23,003 nt of DNA from Calditrichaceae bacterium (GTDB lineage: Bacteria; Calditrichota; Calditrichia; Calditrichales; JBFXGD01): NCBI GenBank assembly GCA_050178385.1, contig JBFXGD010000042.1, positions 1 through 23,003 of the forward strand, in the 5' to 3' direction. The notes beneath the pieces are model-generated. The model was not told where the DNA came from. It saw only the letters and a list, made by a program, of their open reading frames with translations, and ran no database searches. Positions 9,216 to 17,525 of the stretch are shown in pieces (the first letter of the stretch is position 1; every line of letters begins with the position of its first letter). The translations under genes were made by a program, and so were the position numbers.

Positions 9216-10688
9216 TTGATTCTACCTTATAGCAAAATCAGGAATGATCATTTGCAGGTTATCTTCAAAATGACCAAATCCATGGCAAGTATGGATGATG
9301 AAACCGATATTCTTAATATGATCTTAACTGAGTTAATGAGCCAAACCGGAGCGGAAGTGGGCGCGTTTGTGTATTACAACCGGACCGAAGATATGTTTGA
9401 AACAAGAAATGTTGTATCCGCAAATCCCAAAAATGCCGAAAAAATCAATTTTTCTCAAACCGTCTTCAGAAAAGTACTTGATTCGAAGGAAGCGCTTTTG
9501 CTTTTTGATACCAATAAAGATGAAAGCATCAAAAGCCGGGATAGCATCATCATAAATGATATCCATGCCATCCTGGCGTTTCCGCTGATAATTATGGATC
9601 AGGTTTACGGTGTCATGTATTTCGACAGCAGGAAAAACCGGCAGCATTTTAATGAAACTTCAAGACAGTTGCTCTCCTTTTTTGCCCCGATCGCATCCCT
9701 GACTCTTGAACAGGTTTTAAGCCGGCGAGATGTGCGGAACGAAAACATAATATTAAAATCACGTCTGGACCAGGAGGTTGGAATCTCTTCGATGATCGGT
9801 GAAACCGATATCATGAAGCAGATGTGTAAGCTGATCAGAAAGGTCGCTCCGTCCGATGTTTCGGTCGTTATCATCGGTGAAAACGGAACAGGAAAAGAGC
9901 TCGTCGCTCTTGCCATTCATGATCTCAGCAACCGGAAGGATAAACCCTATCTTGCCCAATATGTCGGTAATATTCCGGCCAGCATCCTGGAAAGTGAACT
10001 ATTTGGTTACAAGAAGGGCGCGTTTACCGGAGCGGATAAAGATAAACCCGGCCTGTTTGAAGCGGTTAGCGGCGGTACTTTATTTCTGGACGAAATCGGT
10101 GATCTAAGCATGGAACTTCAGACAAAACTCCTGCGTGTCCTTCAGAATAATGAGATCAAACGGCTGGGCGAAAATGTCGTACGAAAGGTAGATGTAAGGA
10201 TCATCGCGGCAACTCATCAGGATTTATCGCTTATGGTGCGTCAGGGAAAATTCAGGGAGGATTTGTACTACCGTCTGAGCGTCATTAATATCAATGTCCC
10301 TCCCCTGAGAGACAGGATCGATGATATTCCCTTTCTTGTCACTCATTTTATGGATAAATACGGGCCAGGCAATCCTATAAAAATAAAGAAAACCGCGATA
10401 CAGAAACTTATGGACTACCAGTGGCCCGGTAACGTGCGGCAACTGGAAAACGCGGTAAAAAGGGCGATTGTGCTTGTACAAAATGATTCCATCGGGCCTG
10501 ATGATTTTGAATTTAACTGTATTGAGTCCGAACCTTTCATGGGCACGCTTGATGAGTATAAAAATAAACTGATCATCGAGAGACTTCATCAATTTAAAGG
10601 CAATAAAACCCGGGCCGCAAAAAGCCTCGGCATATCCTTGCGATATCTTCAATTGAAAGTCAAAGAAATCATCGGTAATGAGTCATGA
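9216..10688 (+). CDS. Sigma54-dependent enhancer-binding protein: N-terminal GAF, AAA+, Fis-type HTH
   Basis: GAF-like segment (ILAFPLIIMDQVYGVMYFDS); Walker A GENGTGKE; ESELFG; intact GAFTGA (10017-10034); Walker B LFLDEIG; FREDLYYRL; WPGNVRQLEN; HTH GNKTRAAKSLGIS. TTG start preceded by AGGGG. Confidence 0.95.
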   Translation: MILPYSKIRNDHLQVIFKMTKSMASMDDETDILNMILTELMSQTGAEVGAFVYYNRTEDMFETRNVVSANPKNAEKINFSQTVFRKVLDSKEALLLFDTNKDESIKSRDSIIINDIHAILAFPLIIMDQVYGVMYFDSRKNRQHFNETSRQLLSFFAPIASLTLEQVLSRRDVRNENIILKSRLDQEVGISSMIGETDIMKQMCKLIRKVAPSDVSVVIIGENGTGKELVALAIHDLSNRKDKPYLAQYVGNIPASILESELFGYKKGAFTGADKDKPGLFEAVSGGTLFLDEIGDLSMELQTKLLRVLQNNEIKRLGENVVRKVDVRIIAATHQDLSLMVRQGKFREDLYYRLSVININVPPLRDRIDDIPFLVTHFMDKYGPGNPIKIKKTAIQKLMDYQWPGNVRQLENAVKRAIVLVQNDSIGPDDFEFNCIESEPFMGTLDEYKNKLIIERLHQFKGNKTRAAKSLGISLRYLQLKVKEIIGNES

Positions 10689-12241
10689 ATTTAATCGGTA
10701 ACTACGAAATTCTCCGTACCATCTCAGAAAAAGGTCAGAACCGCGTGTATGAAGCCCGTCATACAGTGCTCGACAGGAAAACATTACTTAAAGTCTATCT
10801 CGGCGGAGATGATTTACTGATTCAGCGATTTGAACGGGAAGCGCGGATTGTCGCTGATCTGAACGATGACTCGATTGTATCTGTTTATGATTTCGGAAAG
10901 GTTGACGGTCAGTTTTATATTTCGATGGAATACGTGGAAGGGTGTTCACTGGCTGAGTATATGGCAAACGACAAACCGGATGCTAAGGATATCATTGGTA
11001 TCGCCTCAAAAATAACGCGGGGACTCGCCGTCATTCACAGCAAAGGTTACATTCACCGTGACCTGAAACCCGAAAACATCCTGATTGATAAAAATATGAA
11101 TATCAATTTGACTGATTTCGGTATCAGTATTCATGAGTCCGCGAACCGGATTACTGAGGAAGGTTCGCTGATTGGCACCCCCTTGTATCTTTCCCCGGAA
11201 CAAATAAATAATCTGCCTGTTATCTTCAGCGCGGATATGTTCGCGCTCGGTACAATATTGTATCAGTTGGCAACAGGTACTCATCCTTTTGAAGCACCAC
11301 AATACGGCGAAATATTTTCAAAAATTTTAAGTTATGACCCGCCCCCTGTTAACACAATCAACCCTTCCCTGCCCGAATGGTTTAGCGAATCAATAGGGTT
11401 GCTGATAAGTAAAGATCCGGACAACAGACCGCCCGATGCGCGAAAGTACGCTTTATTATTGGACAAAATGAATCCGGAGATAAATCAGTTAAGAGTACCT
11501 TATGACTCAAAATCGAAAAAAGTTCGGTCGATGACACTATTTTTTATCGTTCCCGCCGTCATCTTAGGCATCATATTCATTATTTATTTAAGATCAATAT
11601 ATTCTCCGGCAGGCAACCCGGACATCCCCCAACCCGCTTTCACCGACAGCGTCTTATTTGCCGAAAACTCAGGACCGGCCTTGAATGAGATTGAATTGAA
11701 GCCGGATGAGATCATATCCACAAAAAAGGTAAAATCTGTTTCCAAAGAAAAAAACCTGCCATCCAAAACTGACTATGAACCGGATCAATCTATAAAAATT
11801 ATAGAACCGACCACTCTGCTGATAAACACATGGCCCTGGGCTAAAGTTTACATTGATTACCGTGAAATTGATGTCACACCAATGTCAGAACCAATCAAAT
11901 TTAATCCCGGTAAATATCTGGTTTCATTACAACACCCGCTTTACCCCTCCTGGTCTGACAGTATTACCGTCAAAAAGGGAATAAACAATCTATTCATTTT
12001 TAATCTGGACTCTCTCTTCATCCGGCTTGATCTGCAGATTAATCCATGGGGAGAAGTTTATATCGACGGCCAATACCGCGGAACAAGCCCTCTGGCGGAT
12101 CCGATCTATCTGACCCGTGAAAATCATTCCGTTACCATTAAGAATAAATATTATATTACACACCGGGACTCCGTCATATGGAACGGTGACCATAAAATTG
12201 TCAAGAATATTATGCTACGGGAAATACCACCGCCAAATTAA
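10685..12241 (+). CDS. Hanks-type Ser/Thr protein kinase with one TM helix and extracytoplasmic PEGA-like repeats
   Basis: LLKV, RFEREA, SMEYVEG, HRDLKPEN (11054), DFG, GTPLYLSPEQ, DMFALG; TM LFFIVPAVILGIIFIIYL (~11537-11590); two C-terminal repeats, INTWPWAKVYID and QINPWGEVYIDG. ATGA overlap with the EBP stop. Confidence 0.93.
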   Translation: MNLIGNYEILRTISEKGQNRVYEARHTVLDRKTLLKVYLGGDDLLIQRFEREARIVADLNDDSIVSVYDFGKVDGQFYISMEYVEGCSLAEYMANDKPDAKDIIGIASKITRGLAVIHSKGYIHRDLKPENILIDKNMNINLTDFGISIHESANRITEEGSLIGTPLYLSPEQINNLPVIFSADMFALGTILYQLATGTHPFEAPQYGEIFSKILSYDPPPVNTINPSLPEWFSESIGLLISKDPDNRPPDARKYALLLDKMNPEINQLRVPYDSKSKKVRSMTLFFIVPAVILGIIFIIYLRSIYSPAGNPDIPQPAFTDSVLFAENSGPALNEIELKPDEIISTKKVKSVSKEKNLPSKTDYEPDQSIKIIEPTTLLINTWPWAKVYIDYREIDVTPMSEPIKFNPGKYLVSLQHPLYPSWSDSITVKKGINNLFIFNLDSLFIRLDLQINPWGEVYIDGQYRGTSPLADPIYLTRENHSVTIKNKYYITHRDSVIWNGDHKIVKNIMLREIPPPN

Positions 12242-12248
12242 AAAGGTC

Positions 12249-13022
12249 ATGATGATGAAAATTAAATTTATTTTCATTCTTATTCTCATAGCTGTCCCGA
12301 TATTTTCACAAAATCTGAGCAGGGAAATCGGTACACTTGAAGAGGATCTCCGGCAGTTCTCATATGAACGGGTGCTTGAAAAAGGAAATTATCTTCTTTC
12401 TGATTCATTCATAAGCAAAGACGACAGCCTGACCATATTCCAATATATGCTTCAGGCCGCATCATCATTAAATGATACAACTCAGGCAAGGGAAATTTCT
12501 GAAAAAATATTGAAATGTTCACCAGGATTTAAATTAAATCCTAAAATTATTTCACCAAAAATTATTAATTTTTTTGAGGAGTACAGGAATAAAAAGGTAA
12601 ATGTAAAGAATGAAGCGCCGGTGGAGACTGCAACATTCAGCGGCAGACCGGCATTTAAAGCCATGCTGGCAAATATCATTATTCCGGGCTCAGGTTATTT
12701 TTTCACACAAAACAAGACAAAAGGCTATATATTTTCCGGAATTTCAACTATTATCATCGGCGGCATCACCTATTACTCAATCCATTCATCCGAATACCGG
12801 GATGATTATATGAATGCGCGTGGCAGCATCGATTTTGATCATCTTTACAATCGTTATAATGATGCCTATAAGACGAGAAACACATTTATATTGTCATATT
12901 TAATACTCAATTTTTATTCGTTTTACGATTTCTATACTCACGGCAATGATATGACTTTCTCATTTGATGTAAAAACAAAATCCAACAAATCAATCGTATT
13001 CCAGATACAAAAGCGCTGGTGA
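12249..13022 (+). CDS. Exported hypothetical protein: helical (TPR-like) N-half, membrane-associated C-half (DUF5683-like)
   Basis: Likely start at ATG 12249 after AAAGG (not 12117, which lies inside the kinase). Signal peptide MMMKIKFIFILILIAVPIFS; helical region ending PGFKLNPKIISPKIINFFEEYR; ANIIIPGSGYFF...KGYIF hydrophobic hairpin; ends in alternating SIVFQIQKRW. The family assignment is from memory of motifs and is uncertain. Confidence 0.7.
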   Translation: MMMKIKFIFILILIAVPIFSQNLSREIGTLEEDLRQFSYERVLEKGNYLLSDSFISKDDSLTIFQYMLQAASSLNDTTQAREISEKILKCSPGFKLNPKIISPKIINFFEEYRNKKVNVKNEAPVETATFSGRPAFKAMLANIIIPGSGYFFTQNKTKGYIFSGISTIIIGGITYYSIHSSEYRDDYMNARGSIDFDHLYNRYNDAYKTRNTFILSYLILNFYSFYDFYTHGNDMTFSFDVKTKSNKSIVFQIQKRW

Positions 13023-13023
13023 T

Positions 13024-13059
13024 CCATGCATATTTTTCATGGTTACGCACAATATTCAT
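13024..13059. promoter_or_regulatory. Candidate upstream activator sequences (enhancer) for the EBP
   Basis: Two copies of AYGCA-N5-TTCAT (13026-13040 ATGCATATTTTTCAT; 13045-13059 ACGCACAATATTCAT), each an imperfect palindrome, about 150-180 bp upstream of the predicted sigma54 start site. Confidence 0.5.
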
Positions 13060-13128
13060 AGCTCCGGCTTAAAAATTATAGCGGCCTTTTTTAAAAAAGT
13101 ATTTTTAATTACAAGCTAACACTCTAAT

Positions 13129-13141
13129 TAACAACTACTTA
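13129..13141 (+). promoter_or_regulatory. Candidate IHF site between enhancer and sigma54 promoter
   Basis: TAACAA-CTAC-TTA has one mismatch to WATCAA-N4-TTR, with an A/T-rich tract upstream. Confidence 0.35.
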
Positions 13142-13179
13142 ATAAAGAGATATTCATTCGCTTTCAGGAATTCTTTTAA

Positions 13180-13194
13180 TGGCACATTAATTGC
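13180..13194 (+). promoter_or_regulatory. Sigma54 (RpoN) -24/-12 promoter
   Basis: TGGCAC-ATTAA-TTGC matches the TGGCAC-N5-TTGC consensus exactly (GG 13181-2, GC 13193-4, 10-nt spacing). It is intergenic, 50 bp upstream of the ATG at 13245 and next to an EBP gene. Confidence 0.88.
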
Positions 13195-13244
13195 GTTATT
13201 TAAGGATGTTAACCATCTTTATAAACCAACCTTGGGGGGTATTT

Positions 13245-15452
13245 ATGATTCATTTTAGACGGTTCCATCTTATACCGGTTATATTTATTATTTTCGCGTT
13301 GGCTATTCCGGGATTTTCACAGTTTCCAAATCTCGGATATTTAACAGGGACCGTTAGCGCCGACGGAGTAGGGATAGAAATGACGCTTCTTCGTCTCTCA
13401 AATCAGGATACTTCTTTTGTCTCTATCAGCGGCGCGGATGGAAACTACGCGTTTGTCGCGCCTCCGGGCACCTATACCGTGAGCAATGTTGACACGATGA
13501 ACTACTGGCATTTTACCTCTGAAGAAGTACAGATTATTAAATCATTTCAACCTACACTTCTGGATATCAGTTTGACTAACCGGCCTCAGGATGCAAAAAT
13601 CACCGGTCTTGTTACATTTAAGGGAACTCCGATGGCCGGCGTGACGGTCTATTTTCTTAAACTGGGACCGGAGGGCACTGACTTTGAAGATCTGGAAACC
13701 GGAAACTTTAATATGGCTGATCTGATGCTTGTTCCCTACAAGGCAGTCACTGACTCAGAAGGAAAATTTGAACAGCCGGTGCTTTCGGGTTCTTATTTTA
13801 TGCATATCCCCGGCGATGACAATGAAGGTTATCTGCCCTACTGGAATATTGATGTATCAGTCGGGAAAGATAAGACTCTGGATCTTGGTGAAATTAAATT
13901 ACAGGAATTCAAACGTGTAACCGGTATGGTTACGAACTTTAGTGAATTCGATTTTGTAGTGATATGGGCTTATTCGGTCAATTCAGGGAAACCGTTTATG
14001 GCAAATATTTTTCCCACAAACGATGACGGTTCTTATGAGCTCAAAGTTGCCCCTGATACGTACATATTCAGAGCCGAAGGATTCATGCAGGAATTAAATC
14101 ACGTTTACACTGTATTTTATGATGGCGTGTTCACAACAAAAGAAGCCGCGCAGATCGATGTATTTGATGATGTCTCAGGAATCGATTTTGTTCTGCCGAC
14201 ATCCGCGGATCTGAAACCGGTGACGATTACCGGTACGGTGTCCAGCGCGACCAGCGGCAAACCTCTGATGGATGCGACCGTCGATTTCTTTACGGCTAAC
14301 TTCCTGAATTATGTATTTAATACGTACGAAGCAAAAACCGATGCCGATGGCAATTATTCGATCTCGGCTCACACATTTATGAACAGGGATTCCTTAATAG
14401 CATTTTCATATAAGGACGGGTTCTTTGCGAAATTCTATGATGATCAACCTACCTATCACACCGCGGATCCCATCATCATCGAACCGGACGGAACAGAGAA
14501 ATATACCGTTTCAGGTATCGATTTCGCGCTTGATTCAATTGATACTGACATCGGATATAAAATTTCAGGAAAAGTCATAGACGATGAGGGCAATCCCGTA
14601 TATCGCGCGCAGGTTACCGCCTACAGCACAGCTCCGAGCGCCGGTGTTGTTTACACACACGCGGATTCGCTGGGGAATTATGATTTCAGCAGTATATTTG
14701 TAGAAGGCAGCTATGTTGTTCTCCAGGCATGGGCAGGTTATGGTTATGTCCCGGTGATTTATGACGGCAAAACCAGCTGGGAAGATGCGGATACTCTGCG
14801 TATGACAGAAGATAAAGTAGCGAATTTCACCCTGAAAAAAGCAAAACTCCGGATTCCATTCGGTCAGATTACAGGTATCGTGTCTGTGAACTCAACGAAC
14901 AAAACAACGGCTTCATCCATTGAAGGAGCAACCATCTATCTGAAGAAAAGCGGCACGATTGAATGGACGAACGCGGCCTATGTAAAGGCTGACGGTTCCT
15001 TTGACCTGCCGGTTGAATCATACGGTATATATGACTTGAAACTGACATCTCAGAATTATCAGGATGTAACTAAGAACAATATTGAAATTAATGAGCAGAC
15101 CGGGAATTCTGTTAAAGTTGACTTCAACCTCCAGGTTACATCTGTCGGTGATAATCCGCTTCAGGGTGTGATCAGGACGAGCGTGCTCCATAACGCTTAT
15201 CCCAATCCATTTAACCCGTCAACTACAATTCGTATTGATATGGTTAAAACCGAACGGGTAACTCTGACCGTATATAATATCCTCGGTCAGAAAGTACGTC
15301 TGCTATATAGCGGTATATTGGAAAATGGTACCAGAAATTTTGTCTGGGACGGCAGAGATGATAGCTCTAAATTGGTCTCTTCAGGATTATATTTCTATCA
15401 GTTCAAATCAGATAATCTGGTTCAGACAAGATCGATGATGCTACTGAAATAA
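13245..15452 (+). CDS. Secreted protein with ~6 carboxypeptidase-regulatory-like beta-sandwich repeats and a C-terminal FlgD-Ig/T9SS type A sorting-like domain
   Basis: The ATG at 13245 follows a GGGGG RBS; signal peptide ...IFIIFALAIPGFS-Q; repeated (I/L)(T/S)GxV...D(A/S)xG(N/K)(Y/F) units; C-terminus LHNAYPNPFNPSTTI...VYNILGQKVR...WDGRD...SSGLYFY...MMLLK. Confidence 0.88.
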   Translation: MIHFRRFHLIPVIFIIFALAIPGFSQFPNLGYLTGTVSADGVGIEMTLLRLSNQDTSFVSISGADGNYAFVAPPGTYTVSNVDTMNYWHFTSEEVQIIKSFQPTLLDISLTNRPQDAKITGLVTFKGTPMAGVTVYFLKLGPEGTDFEDLETGNFNMADLMLVPYKAVTDSEGKFEQPVLSGSYFMHIPGDDNEGYLPYWNIDVSVGKDKTLDLGEIKLQEFKRVTGMVTNFSEFDFVVIWAYSVNSGKPFMANIFPTNDDGSYELKVAPDTYIFRAEGFMQELNHVYTVFYDGVFTTKEAAQIDVFDDVSGIDFVLPTSADLKPVTITGTVSSATSGKPLMDATVDFFTANFLNYVFNTYEAKTDADGNYSISAHTFMNRDSLIAFSYKDGFFAKFYDDQPTYHTADPIIIEPDGTEKYTVSGIDFALDSIDTDIGYKISGKVIDDEGNPVYRAQVTAYSTAPSAGVVYTHADSLGNYDFSSIFVEGSYVVLQAWAGYGYVPVIYDGKTSWEDADTLRMTEDKVANFTLKKAKLRIPFGQITGIVSVNSTNKTTASSIEGATIYLKKSGTIEWTNAAYVKADGSFDLPVESYGIYDLKLTSQNYQDVTKNNIEINEQTGNSVKVDFNLQVTSVGDNPLQGVIRTSVLHNAYPNPFNPSTTIRIDMVKTERVTLTVYNILGQKVRLLYSGILENGTRNFVWDGRDDSSKLVSSGLYFYQFKSDNLVQTRSMMLLK

Positions 15453-15467
15453 TGACTCGAAATGCGG

Positions 15468-15500
15468 AAAATCCCCGGTTTACAGCCGGGGATTTTTTTT
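15468..15500. terminator. Intrinsic terminator, probably bidirectional, between convergent genes
   Basis: AAAATCCCCGG-TTTACAG-CCGGGGATTTT followed by further T's; it sits between the stops of 13245-15452 (+) and zur (-). Confidence 0.9.
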
Positions 15501-15969
15501 ATATCTTTTTCTGGCAATTAGAACAATACCCATAAAGCTCAAACGCGTGACTGATCACTTTGAAATTCAGATCATTTCCCACCACTGGAATAACCCGGCT
15601 AATATCACATTCGGAAAGACAGATTATTTTGCCGCACGAAAGACATATGGCATGATGATGATGAAGTTTTCCAAAATATTTGAACTGCGCTGCTTCCTTA
15701 TTCTGCAAATTAACCTGACCGGCCACACCGGATACTGAAAGCATGCTCAGATTCCGGTAAACCGTATCCAGGCTGATATTTGGATGCTCCGCCCTAACCT
15801 GCCTGTAAATTTCCTTAGCGGTTAACGGCTGATCGGATCCCATTAATAATTTTAATATGGACAGACGCTGAGGCGTTAATTTTTGACCAATTTTTTTTAA
15901 CTCAGCGCCCGCGAATTTTAAATCTATCTTTGTCTCGTTAATTTTTTTACCCATCGGAATAGTTTTCAT
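15499..15969 (-). CDS. zur: Fur-family metalloregulator, most likely Zur
   Basis: LTPQRLSIL, PNISLDTVYRNL, HHHHAICLSCG, ELYGYCSNC (two CxxC); last gene of a Zn ABC operon. The subfamily call rests on context. Confidence 0.8.
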   Translation of the reverse strand: MKTIPMGKKINETKIDLKFAGAELKKIGQKLTPQRLSILKLLMGSDQPLTAKEIYRQVRAEHPNISLDTVYRNLSMLSVSGVAGQVNLQNKEAAQFKYFGKLHHHHAICLSCGKIICLSECDISRVIPVVGNDLNFKVISHAFELYGYCSNCQKKI

Positions 15970-15982
15970 TTTTTAAGATTGC

Positions 15983-16777
15983 TCAATTTCTGGCGCTTAC
16001 CATCGTCAGGAAAAATATAACCGCCTGAATCAGGATAATTGTCGCCCCGCTGGGAAGATCGAGCCAGTACGAAGTGAACAGACCCGTGACAGCGCTTAAT
16101 AGACCGATGCTCATTGATACCCATGTCATTCTTCTGAAGCTCGGCGCGATAAGCCTTGCGGTAGCTGCCGGTATTACGAGAAACGCGGCGATCAGTATGA
16201 TTCCGACCACTTTGACGGCAACAACAACGGTAATGGCGATCAGTATTGATAAAAAATAGTCATCCCGCTGTACCGGAAGCCTGTCGGCGATAGCAAGCTC
16301 ACGATCAAATGTCGCGTACGCCCACCTTCGCCATAATGGCAAGGTGAGAAGTGAAATTCCGAAGGCGCCGGAAGTAACCCATAAATCTACTTTTTTAACG
16401 GATAAAATGGAGCCGAATAAATAGGCGAACGCATCAACTGTATATTCCTGCTTTAATGAAAGAAAGACAACACCCAGCGCCACAGAAACAGCAAAAAATA
16501 TTCCTACGGATGTGTCATTTCCCAATGCTGTCTGTTCCCTAACCCATACGATTGCTATGGCGACAAAAACAGTAAACGGAGCCGCTATCCATAACGGTTC
16601 GGTACCAAGCAGCAATCCCAGTGCAACCCCTCCAAATGCGGCATGCGCAAGACCGCTTCCAAGAAAACTCAGACCTCTTTGAACAACAAACACTCCGTAA
16701 TAACTGGCCATCACACCAACCAAGGCTCCGGCAATCAAAGCGCGCTGCATAAAGGGCATACTCATGAAATCAAACAT
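15983..16777 (-). CDS. znuB: Zn/Mn ABC transporter permease
   Basis: FMQRALIAG, GLAHAAFGGVALG, YLFGSIL, VVGIILIAAFLVIPAATA, DLPSGATI. Start ATG at 16777 overlaps the ATPase stop (ATGTTTGA). Confidence 0.93.
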   Translation of the reverse strand: MFDFMSMPFMQRALIAGALVGVMASYYGVFVVQRGLSFLGSGLAHAAFGGVALGLLLGTEPLWIAAPFTVFVAIAIVWVREQTALGNDTSVGIFFAVSVALGVVFLSLKQEYTVDAFAYLFGSILSVKKVDLWVTSGAFGISLLTLPLWRRWAYATFDRELAIADRLPVQRDDYFLSILIAITVVVAVKVVGIILIAAFLVIPAATARLIAPSFRRMTWVSMSIGLLSAVTGLFTSYWLDLPSGATIILIQAVIFFLTMVSARN

Positions 16778-17525
16778 TATCTTTAAACCTCTGGTTAAAT
16801 GCGTGTTCGTGGCCAATATGACCAAAAGCCCGGCGCAGACATTCATCTGTCAGCGCTTTCTCCGGTGGGCCGTAACCTACCAGCCTCCTGTTCAGGATCA
16901 TCACATGACTCACATGATGTTTTACAGCTTCCCAGTCATGAGTAATCATCAGTATTGTGCATTTGGTTTCCTTCTGATAATTATCCAGAACACGGTATAA
17001 ATCAGCTTCTCCCGTAACGTCAATTCCGGTGGCGGGTTCATCAAGCATGATAAGTTTTGGCTGCCGGGCAAGACTTCTCGCCAGAAATACCCGTTGCAAC
17101 TCTCCTCCAGAGAGTTCATTCAATGGACGGTACGCCAGATGCGCCGCGCCGACCCGTTCAAGCGCCTCAATCGCCGAAGCGGATTTTTTCGATTTAAACC
17201 TCCATGGCCAGCGTTGATTCAACCCCGTCATCACCAGTTCAATGGACATCGCGGGAAAGTTTCTGTCCATGGTTTTTATTTGCGGAACATAACCGATCCA
17301 TTCCGGCGATATATTCTGAACAGAATTGCCAAAAAGTCTGACACTGCCCGAGCTCACAGGGATGATGCCGAGCAAAACTTTTAGAAAAGTTGATTTTCCC
17401 GCGCCGTTTGGACCGATGATGGCGATAAATTCATCCTTTCCCACGGTCAGATTGATTTCTTCAAGAATGGCTAAATTGCTCAGTCTTACGGATAGATCAT
17501 TAATTTCCAGCACCGGTTTATTCAC
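16770..17525 (-). CDS. znuC: Zn/Mn ABC transporter ATP-binding protein
   Basis: GPNGAGKST, IGYVPQ, LSGGELQRVFLAR, MLDEP, ITHD; GTG start overlapping the znuA stop. Confidence 0.93.
   Translation of the reverse strand: MNKPVLEINDLSVRLSNLAILEEINLTVGKDEFIAIIGPNGAGKSTFLKVLLGIIPVSSGSVRLFGNSVQNISPEWIGYVPQIKTMDRNFPAMSIELVMTGLNQRWPWRFKSKKSASAIEALERVGAAHLAYRPLNELSGGELQRVFLARSLARQPKLIMLDEPATGIDVTGEADLYRVLDNYQKETKCTILMITHDWEAVKHHVSHVMILNRRLVGYGPPEKALTDECLRRAFGHIGHEHAFNQRFKDNV

Noticed and set aside
12117..12248. N-terminal extension of the 301-aa ORF
   Set aside because: It overlaps the kinase by 125 bp; the signal peptide begins at 12249.
13191..13244. TTG start for the secreted protein as given by the ORF track
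   Set aside because: It coincides with the sigma54 -12 element and lies upstream of the predicted TSS; the ATG at 13245 has an RBS and gives a proper signal peptide.
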